Source of the DNA: Hyphochytrium catenoides
Taxonomy: Eukaryota; Protista; Hyphochytriomycota
DNA length: 53,210 nt
Assembly (NCBI GenBank): GCA_900088475.1
Contig: FLMG01004328.1
Location: forward strand, 1 to 53,210
Direction of reading: 5' to 3'
A program made the position numbers and the translations under genes. The notes below the pieces were generated by a model that did not search any database, was not told where the DNA came from, and worked only from the letters and a program-made list of their open reading frames with translations. Numbering within the stretch: the stretch's first letter is position 1; the number at the start of each line of letters is the position of its first letter. This document shows positions 44,763 to 53,210 of the stretch, piece after piece.

Positions 44763-46202
44763 ATGAAGCTCATTAATCTCATCAGTGCGCTTGGTTGCCT
44801 CGCTGCCTTCTACTGCTGTCCCACTGCAGTAGAGGCCCGCTTTGGCCAGGAACAGAATTCTGGCATCAACCAGCTGAATAACTGCGCTGCTGGAGCTCCG
44901 GGCCAAATCTCTGGCCAGCTTGCCACTTTCTCTGGGCAGAGTATCTCTACTCTGCTCGCTGCTGCGGGGGCATGCGCTCAGCAGGACCAAGCAGACAAGA
45001 TTATTGATTTTGTAAAGGCTAACAATCTGCCCCAGCAGTGCACGGACATTGCCGTCAAATTCCGCCAGGCCGAGAAGAATGTCAACCCCTTCGCGGTAAA
45101 GAACCCTTGCTCCCAAATTTGCGACCGCCTACCGAAGAATCCTGAACTCCTTGGATCTGTGCAAGCTTTTGACCCTGCGTGCAACTTGCAGCAGTTTTTC
45201 CAGGAAAACCCGGATCAGAAGGCCAACTTCGATCTGCAAAAGAATGGTGCTGCCGCTGGTGGGAACCAACAAGGAGGAGCTCCTCCGGCACCAGCGCCAC
45301 CACCTCAGGCTCCACCACCTCCACCGCCAGCTCAAGAGCTTCCAGACTGTGCTAATATCCAGCCTCCCAGCCCCCCAGCACCTCCTGCACCCGCACCTGC
45401 GCCAACTCAACAAGGTAATAATAATGGAGGTAACAACGGCGGTGCTGGTGCAGCAGTCCAGTGCAATGCCAAGCAGCTGGAGGTCATCGTGCAAGGTCGC
45501 GAAAACCGCTTCGGGTTCGATGGTCGACAGGTGGCTCTTAATCCGGCTATCCCTATGGAGAACATTTGCCAGCAAGTGAACGCCGCTTGCAAGCAGACCT
45601 GTGACGCTGCCAAAGCTGCTGCCATCGCAACGGGAATCAAGGGCTTCCAAGATACTGATCCCGTTAAGCTTAGGCAGATGGGAGAGCTTGCTGATCAGTT
45701 TAATGCTGCCCTGGGAAACAAGAGTAATTTTGCTGCGCTTGGTGGCGGTGGTAACGCCAACAACAATGGCGCTGCTGCTGGAGGAGCCAACAACAACAAC
45801 AATGGCGGTGCTGGTGGCAACAACGGCGGTGCGGGTGGCAACAATGGCGGTGCTGGTGCCAACAACGGTGGAGCAGTGCAGTGCAATGCTAAACAGCTAG
45901 AGGTCATTGTAAAGGGCCGCGAGAATCGCTTTGGGGTTGACGGCCAGCAGGTGGCTCTCAATCCTGCCATTCCTATTCAGCGCATCTGCCAACAGGTCAA
46001 TGCGGCCTGCAAGCAAACATGTGATGCTGCAGGAGCAGCTGCCGTTGCCAGCGGCATCAAGGGCTTTCAAGACACTGACCCTGTCAAACTGCAGCAGATG
46101 GGACAGCTTGCTGACCAATTCAATGCTGCTCTGGGCAACAAGAGCAACTTTGCTGCGCTTGGTGGCGGTGGCCAAAGAGCCCGCAATCTGAGGGCAATGT
46201 GA
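44763..46202 (+). CDS. secreted protein resembling an uncharacterised fungal family (N-terminal A-RFGQEQ domain plus two copies of a 4-Cys domain)
   Basis: Intact 479-aa ORF. The signal peptide ends VEA|RFGQEQ. Motifs include LATFSGQSISTLLAAAGACAQQDQADKI, AEKNVNPF, ICD..LPKNPELLG.V...DPA, and in the repeats ALNPAIP..ICQQVNAAC..TC..A.AAA...ADQFNAALG...NFAA. Pro-rich and Gly/Asn-rich linkers. Confidence 0.85.
   Translation: MKLINLISALGCLAAFYCCPTAVEARFGQEQNSGINQLNNCAAGAPGQISGQLATFSGQSISTLLAAAGACAQQDQADKIIDFVKANNLPQQCTDIAVKFRQAEKNVNPFAVKNPCSQICDRLPKNPELLGSVQAFDPACNLQQFFQENPDQKANFDLQKNGAAAGGNQQGGAPPAPAPPPQAPPPPPPAQELPDCANIQPPSPPAPPAPAPAPTQQGNNNGGNNGGAGAAVQCNAKQLEVIVQGRENRFGFDGRQVALNPAIPMENICQQVNAACKQTCDAAKAAAIATGIKGFQDTDPVKLRQMGELADQFNAALGNKSNFAALGGGGNANNNGAAAGGANNNNNGGAGGNNGGAGGNNGGAGANNGGAVQCNAKQLEVIVKGRENRFGVDGQQVALNPAIPIQRICQQVNAACKQTCDAAGAAAVASGIKGFQDTDPVKLQQMGQLADQFNAALGNKSNFAALGGGGQRARNLRAM
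45453..46172 (+). repeat. intragenic direct repeat: 45453-45752 and 45873-46172 (300 bp / 100 aa each)
   Basis: I count 11 amino-acid differences in 100 aa by eye, plus many third-position synonymous changes. Confidence 0.95.
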
Positions 46203-49200
46203 TCCCGGGACAAGATCGTTATCATCTCGTTGTCGTCTATCTAGCGCTGATTCCCAGGAGGCTGACCGTGGGGTTCAAAGGATGATGGTGGGCTGTAAAT
46301 GTTCGACGTGACTCTCGATTTGTGGTTAGGTAGATCGCTCTAATTCTCCCTCGTCCCTATCTTCTAGTAGCTTGCTAGATCATTTGACAGCAGCTGTTCC
46401 ATACTTCCGCCAGCTATTTTAAAGCTTGTCAGACATTAAGGACAGCTCATCTTGCTTAATTATTGACGAACTACATAGTCTTGGTCTGAATCTACCGGTG
46501 CTTTCCAACTCGGTTCTCTTTTTCTTGGTTAGGACATAGCTTTAGGCCAATTTCCCACTGCCTTCTTCTTCTGTAGAACTATACCCCGCCGTTGGATAAG
46601 ACACAACAATTTTCACACTGACGCGCTAACCTTAAGCCCCTCGGCCCTGTCGCTAGCATCGCCCCGCCTGAATGACTCAGATAAATGCAGCGCTGTCAGC
46701 AGATATTCTGCCTTCATGACAGGGCAGCAGTGGTGTGCTCTGAAAGATTAAAAGTGGGATGAGACCTCCCGATCTGATCGTGTTTGCTGCCGTGTAGTAG
46801 GTCATCAAGACTACTGCCTCTGCCCTGGCGCTATCTACGTGTTGTCTGCCGGAGCTGTTCCATAACGGTAGATCGTTGACTCACTGGACAATAACCGTGT
46901 CTTCTGCCCCGACGAAGCAATACACTGACCCTGGTCATAGAAACAAGCGGGCCTAAGATAGTAAGGGCAACGTAATAGTTGGTGATGTGGGTTAGGCTTG
47001 CCCGAGAGTGGCTACAAATTGCGTGGGCTGTCACAGCGTCCGAATCCGTCAGTCTATATCAAGCAGCGATAGCGGGCAACTGTTCAGTGGTCGCTGGTCA
47101 GATTCCACAGAGGGAGCCAGACAGGGGAAACAAGGAAGTGACAGTATGCGACCTATTGAGTCCCGGTGGTTCAGTCTGTAGAAGTGCGCTTCTTGCGAAA
47201 CTCCCCAGTTCGCAGCTCTTAACCGCGGAAAATTGGCGTCATGAGGACGGAACCGCTCTGGCGCCAACTTTTAGTCTGCATCTATCTATTCCTCTATTTC
47301 ATCACTACTATGTAACTGCCTCATTCATTCAGGCTTCACTTTTACTTCTGTCCGTCGAGTCTTCACCATCATCTGCCCTACAGACCTTACGGTTTTCAGG
47401 TTTTTAGCAGCGGTCGCTCGCTGTTCAAACCTTTTTGGGATTCTCTCCCCCTCGAATGCGCAACTTTCTCTAGTTGTTCCCTTTGCCTCTTCGTGGTGGT
47501 TCCTAACGAATGGTCGTTCTCTTGTATTTCATCTGCCTTTATCGATGTCTTGTCTATTCTCCGACTTGTACTCTGCTGCTAAAGATTGTTCTAGGACGTT
47601 GCGGCTGGCAGTTCTCGTCTCGTGGGCTTTTATGCTCAGAGATCTTTCTGCGACCCTACTTGACCTACTATATTTTTACACAGTCGTAGTAGGTTGGTCC
47701 TGCATCTTCTTCTTTCAATCACTTTTGCGGCACTGAAATCCTACGACTGCTAGAGAGCCTCCTAAGATTGCTGCCTTCGACTGTTCTCCACCATCTGCTT
47801 CTCCTATAGCACTGTCCCTTTCTCTTATGAGTTAACGGCGCAGGATTGTCCCTCGGCCTCCAGCAAGTAGCTTCCAGAGTGGGGATCATTTGAGGCTTTC
47901 TGTAAGAGAGGCGATTCTCAGTTAGAGGCAGCGAAGTCCATGAACTGCATGCGTCGTTGCGAGGTTTGGGAGCAGGAAATGTTGCAGACCATCGAAGCAA
48001 TATGGGGTGGCTGTAAAGGCTGCTGTCTGTATGATGAATTAGAGTCAGAGCTGCCCGCATGGCTGGTATACTCATCTGCTAAGTTTCTTTTCCTACACCT
48101 GGGACACAGCGGCCAGATGTCCGGATTGCTGTCGGAAGGCAAGTCTTTGAGGACGATATGTATCAAAGCGATACGATGAACACTCTCATGCTTATGCTCT
48201 ACGTCATTTGCATTCGTCTCTCTCTCTTTCTCGTTGTGTCCCTTCTCCTGCATCTTCTTGACTTCCTCTCTATTTGCCTCTTGCTCATCATTCTTCTGCA
48301 GTCTCTAATATCCTCGGCTGTCTTATCTGCTTGTGTAAGTGTCTCTGTTCTTTGATTTCTCCGCCCTCATAATATGCTATTCTCTCTCTTCTCCATCTTG
48401 CCCTTTCTTGGACCTCTCTCTCTCTCTCTCTCTCATCATAAAAAGCTCTCTTCTCTTCCCTTTCCCTCTTTCCGCTCTTTTGTGCTGCTTTTGTCCTGTC
48501 ACTTGCTTTAGCGCTTTCAAAACTATCCTCAACAAGGTTCTATCTTTGTACAATCTGGGGTATTGCATCATGGCTTTAGCACCTGTTTTTCTACGCCGCC
48601 TCCCGAGGTGCTGAGAGAAAGCTATGCAAGCTTTTTGCTGCACAAATAATTAGGCCAGGACTACTAGGGTGGGGAAACAGAAGAGATCACATCAGACCGC
48701 TGATAACGTTTGAGAGTTAAAGCGAGAGGGATGCAAATGTATGTGGCTTATTAGGGAGTACTCCGTGCCTTTCCTCACGATGCAATTTCGCTACAATCCG
48801 CCCGCGACCACTTTTTTCATTTGCATCACAAACTGCTGCAAGGTTGAGTGCCTCCCACCATATTCAACTTTCATCATTTTACTTAGGCAGCCGCAGGTTC
48901 CAGGTGGGAGCCTAGCCACGGGTCACCCCCAACTTTGCTTCGTGTTGACAGCGGAGCGGAGGTGAATGGCCGCAGCAAAAACGAACAGGAGGGAATCTAA
49001 AGTAGAGATTGAAACAACTCCTCAACGAAGCGCCTTCGCACAGATCGTTCAGTGTCTGTCTTTCTCCATATTTGTCTCCTCTCTCTCTCTGTTCCGCCTT
49101 GCTTTATTACTTGGACTCTCTTTCTCCTCTCCTTATTATTTTACTCTATAACTCTCTTTCCTCTTCAAGTTGGCTCTCTGCCTTCCCGGTTCGGTCGTCC

Positions 49201-49771
49201 CTGGCTTTCTTCGCTATCTGCTGCTGGGTCTTTTCCTCTTTCTCTCTTTTATCTCTCTCTCGCCATGACTGCCTTTCTTTTTACTCTTCCTCCTGCAGCA
49301 GGCCTCTTCTTGCTTCTCTTGCTCCTTCTCCCTAGTTGTTTCCTCTTTCAGTCGCTGGTCGCAGATTGATCGGCAGGGCAATAAGAGAGACACAGTCATT
49401 CAGTCATTGACACTTAATCATCAAATCTCTCTGTTATATGTTCATCTAGACAGAGCTAAAATTCATCAGTTTTCCCTCCACTATCTCCTGCTCCCGTCTG
49501 TCTGTCTCTCTTCCTGCTCTTCTGGTTCTCTCTCTCTCTCTCAGCAGCCACAGTCTCCTCCCTCACTTTCTTTTCTTACTCGTGTTGCTTGCTGTGTCTC
49601 TCCTCGTTTATTCTTCTTTGCGCATTCTCTTTTGTCCTTCTTTAATCTCACCTGCCTTTTCCTCCTCAGCCATGAACCTTCCTCTATCCTCTGCCTCTCG
49701 CTGCTACTCTCCTAACGGATTCCAACTGCACATACTATTCCTAACTCAGGCTCTGTCTCCTTGTATGGTAG

Positions 49772-50976
49772 CATGACATAGAGCCAAACAAGAGAAATCA
49801 TGTCACCATCGAGTGGCGCACCCTGGGAGCTTTAAAACCAACAGACAAGGAAACAATTCACGAGGTGGTAAATCTCATCTTTGTGTCTGCTGAAGCTGCG
49901 GGGCGCGACGACTTTCGAAGTTTTTGCAACAACTTGGCCGTGCGGGGATCTCTTGCACGAATCGTGCTTGAAGAGGCTCATGTCATTTTGCAATGGGCAG
50001 ACTTTAGAGCCTGCTTTGACCAGCTTGTGCTTCTACGACAGTGCCGGGTCCCCTTCCTCTTGCTTAGTGCTACTGTCCCGCCCTGTGTGGAGGCCGAGCT
50101 GGAGCGCTGGCTGCACAGTACATCTTTTGTCACCATACGAGCTATGACTGGTCACCAGGAGATCAAATACTATGTCACGTGGCTGGATAAACAGAAGCAG
50201 CGCGAGGATGAAGAGATCGCCATCGACGGCTATGATCAATATGCTGCTGAGAGCAGCCGTTACGAGGGCACTGGAGGAGGCTCAACAGTTTGCCTCATCT
50301 GAGGACCGCGGCATTATTTTCTGCCCGACAAAAGACCTCACTCGAAGAGTTTGCGCCCTGGGAAGAAAACAAGGGCTCAACGCATCTGTCTACCATTCGT
50401 CTATCACTCGGAACGAAGTCAGAGACGCCGAAACAGGCACTTTTACGGCTGCCAGAGAGTCTGCTTTGGAAGAGAGAAGCTCTCTCCCTGATAAGTCACA
50501 ACCTTCGTTGCATCAACTGTTTGTAAGGATTAAGTTTCAGAAACTTTTCAAGTTCTGTTACAGAGTTCAGAGGTACCAGGAACATTATCAGACGTGACCT
50601 CTGCCTCTGGTACTGTAGTTAGGCATAACTATAGGGATCCTAAGCCCTAGATAATGTCAGTGATCAATTTCCACCGGAATACACAAGTCGATTCTGTGGT
50701 GCCCACTACGTTCCACTGTAACAGTTCTCAATATTTTTCCCTAGCGACGAGGAGAGGAAAGCCCTTGAGCGAGCCAGGACGATACGGCAGCTAGCTTCAA
50801 AGATGGGCCAATGACGATTCAAGTACTTGGTCGCCACGAAAGCTCTGGGGCTAGGTGTCGATTCCCCGCGGGTCCAGAGCGTCTTTCATTGCGGGTATTC
50901 TAACTCCTTGGTGGATTATGCCCAGGTAGTTGGAAGAGGTGGAAGGGCCGGTGTGCCTTGTAAAGCTACTCGGTGA
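49772..50976 (+). pseudogene. truncated, frameshifted RecQ-family helicase of the telomere-linked helicase (TLH) type
   Basis: LIFVSAEAA (motif Ib), LARIVLEEAH (motif II, DEAH changed to EEAH) and LLLSATVPP (III). A frameshift near 50200-50240 leads to RGIIFCPTK (IV) and VYHS. At 50821-50976 it reads KYLVATKALGLGVDSPRVQSVFHCGYSNSLVDYAQVVGRGGRAG (V, VI). Walker A is missing and in-frame stops are present. Confidence 0.85.
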
Positions 50977-53210
50977 AAGGGCGAAAGAAGGCCGTCTGCC
51001 TAACAGTATTGTTGACCTCGGCTTGGGTCAGGAGCGGCCGAACGATCTTAGCACTCGCTACCTAAGGAGATTGGACATATTCTTTCCTAGCTCAAGATCA
51101 GGAACAAATGTTAGTTGGGCAGGCTTGGGCAGCAAATATTGACCCAACTTCAACAACAACAATCGAAGTGTTTCCACAATACACTTCAGCATAAAGGGCT
51201 GGAGCGGCCAAGCTTGACTCATCTTCTTAGGCTCCATCATGGGCGGACTGCTTGGAGGTCTATGACCGACATGATGGAGGTTGTTCCGGACAGCAATAGA
51301 GCTGAAGAGAGAGACAGAGGACAAATATTAAGTAGGGGCAACATGGGCACTCATCATATGCAGCAGCTACCTGAAGGTGTTGTGAGAGGAGTGAACGTTG
51401 CGCCGAACACCGTCGTGTGCTGAAGTTATTGGCAGCAGCATCTCTTGAAGATCTGTGGCGGCAAGCTGCAAGTATTCTGTCCTCCACCTCTCCTCGTCTT
51501 CGATCCCTCACTTTGTGGGAAGGCTCTCATCCATAGACTCAGAGGGAGTTTATGCACTAAGCTAAATACTGTACTCGAAGATACTTCAACAGGTGTCTCG
51601 TCTCACAAACAACAGAGACCGGCCAGTCATGTTCCCCAGAGAAGTCCTCTTAGACTGTCCAAGAATGACGGCTCATCACATGGAATTGTTGTCGTAACCG
51701 GAAGGAACAAGTTCCCTTGGAACAAGAGCTTAGGGTTACGACACTACTTTAGGGGAAGAGGGCTCCTAACATGTGGTAGGAAACGAGGGATGTCGATGAC
51801 TGAGCTCCATCATCATCCCCCATCTTAAGGCGGAAGGAGTATGTATCGGCTCGTGATATGGAAGATAAGAAACTATACCAGGAGAGAGCAAGATGGGAAA
51901 GTCATTCATTTCCTCAAAAACGGTCATGCAGGCTCAGCATTCGGCAATTAGATGGTGTGCGTCGTACGGAGGGCTATAAGAGGCAAAGAGAAGATTGAGG
52001 ATCATGGGTGAAAACAGGTACACATAGTAGAAACAAGACCAAAGAGAGCAGAGACGCACCAGCTTAACCAAATAAAGATGGAGGGCAGAGTACGTTTAGA
52101 AACAAAGACAGTCCAATCAGAGCTATACAAGGGGGTCGGGAGGTTTAAGATAACAGGAGGAGTCTGCAGGATATGCGGAAGCAATGCAGTCCGTCGAGGA
52201 GAGTAGTGTCCTTCTTGACACCAGCAAAGGAGGCTTGCAAGGAGCTTCTTTGAGAGATGAAAGATAATGGTCTAGGAGAGCTTGCAGCCTTTTGGTCACA
52301 GTTAATGGAAAGAATCTTTGATACTGCCTCGCTCCAAAGAAGATGAGGGAGTCACAAGGAGGATGACGAGCGATTTGACAAAGACCGATGATGACGACGC
52401 AGTCAGGAGTATTAAACTTGTAGCAGAAGCGATGATAGTGACGCGCAGCAGCGACGGTACGGCTTCCGTGGCTCAGACAGTGCTCTCCATCATCAAGCGG
52501 CCAAAGAACTGGATTTGGCGCTCCCTGGTACACTTGATGTACCATCATCCCCTCTTCCGCGACGAGCCTAATAGTCAGTCTACTTCTTTCTCTTCCTCCT
52601 GTGTCAATCAGTTGGGGTAGGAGGTTTGACTGAGCTCCAAAAGTTGGCCGTCTTTTTGAAAGAACGAAGACGTCCTCTCTCAAATAGCTTTGGGCAAAAA
52701 GTACTGGCTAACAAATAAGTAAAAGATTGCTTAGGAGCGGTCTTCCTTGTACGAAGCAAATGATGATGATGATGATGGGTTATTCCTAGTTGCCTCTCGC
52801 TGCGGCTCTCGCTTCTCCTCTCCTGATCTTCACTATCCCGTCCTGGTCTCTCTGATCTCTGAATAGAGGTTCTATTTATCCGTTCTCAAAATCATCCTGC
52901 CCTATGCTCCTCTCCCGTTACCTTCCCTGCACCACCTTCCTTGCTTTGTTGCTGCTATGCTCAGTCCTCAAATAGCAATGATTGGTGGGACGACCACGAC
53001 ATAGTACGCCTGTCCTGCTCTCTTCCTTTGGTCCCCTTCCTCCCTTGCTCTTTGGCAGGCTCTCTAGTTCTATCTGTCCGGCAGAGACTCTCTTCTTCTG
53101 CACCTGTTCTCTGTCTTCTCACTCTCCTTCATAGAGTTCTAAAGGCTCCCTTCTTCTTCTGCTTCTCTCTCTCCCACTCCCATCTCTCCCAGAAGCGCCC
53201 TCTTTGGTTA

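Noticed and set aside
48040-48145. CPHG...YTWDTAARC read as a KDZ/CxC transposase fragment
   Set aside because: The motif spacing is too short, surrounding frames are broken and there are no other transposase motifs.
48655-48690. RTTRVGKQ as the missing Walker A of the RecQ pseudogene
   Set aside because: Poor match to PTGxGKS, no preceding hydrophobic strand, and more than 1 kb from motif Ib.
51730-51755. ttagggtta / tttagggg telomere-like words (similar ones at ~34340 and ~46626)
   Set aside because: One to 1.5 units only, which is expected by chance in 53 kb.
50977-52750. Degenerate LINE endonuclease/RT on the minus strand
   Set aside because: Only vague resemblance. No GDFN, SDH or YADD motif could be read in any frame, so it is left as unassigned debris.

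Overview
Eukaryotic nuclear DNA, most likely from an alga or protist; the taxon cannot be fixed from the sequence alone. It is extremely rich in (AG)n/(CT)n microsatellites, which generate most of the spurious ORFs in the track. Eight protein-coding genes are supportable: a KRE6/SKN1-type GH16 membrane glucan transglycosylase (3431-5185 +); a type II membrane protein with two 8-Cys repeats, a Pro-rich stalk and a small thaumatin-like domain (10028-11836 +); two WRKY19-type C3H zinc-finger-repeat proteins (12412-15097 -, 2 exons; 27093-29012 +); a 3-exon gene fusing a KCTD-type BTB/POZ domain and a coiled coil to a complete beta-carbonic anhydrase (30096-32359 -); a divergent mitochondrial-carrier-like protein (36157-37254 +); a probable GPI-anchored DUF1036-like protein (39950-41053 +); and a secreted protein resembling a fungal family, with a duplicated 100-aa domain (44763-46202 +). 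The rest is microsatellite, degenerate coding-like debris, a ~280-bp tandem duplication and a broken telomere-linked-type RecQ helicase (49772-50976 +). The best candidate for an undescribed system is the BTB-coiled coil-beta-CA fusion. Second is the adjacent pair of membrane-tethered beta-glucan proteins that both carry a Y-x-V-L sorting motif. All family assignments come from motif recognition by eye; no database search was run.
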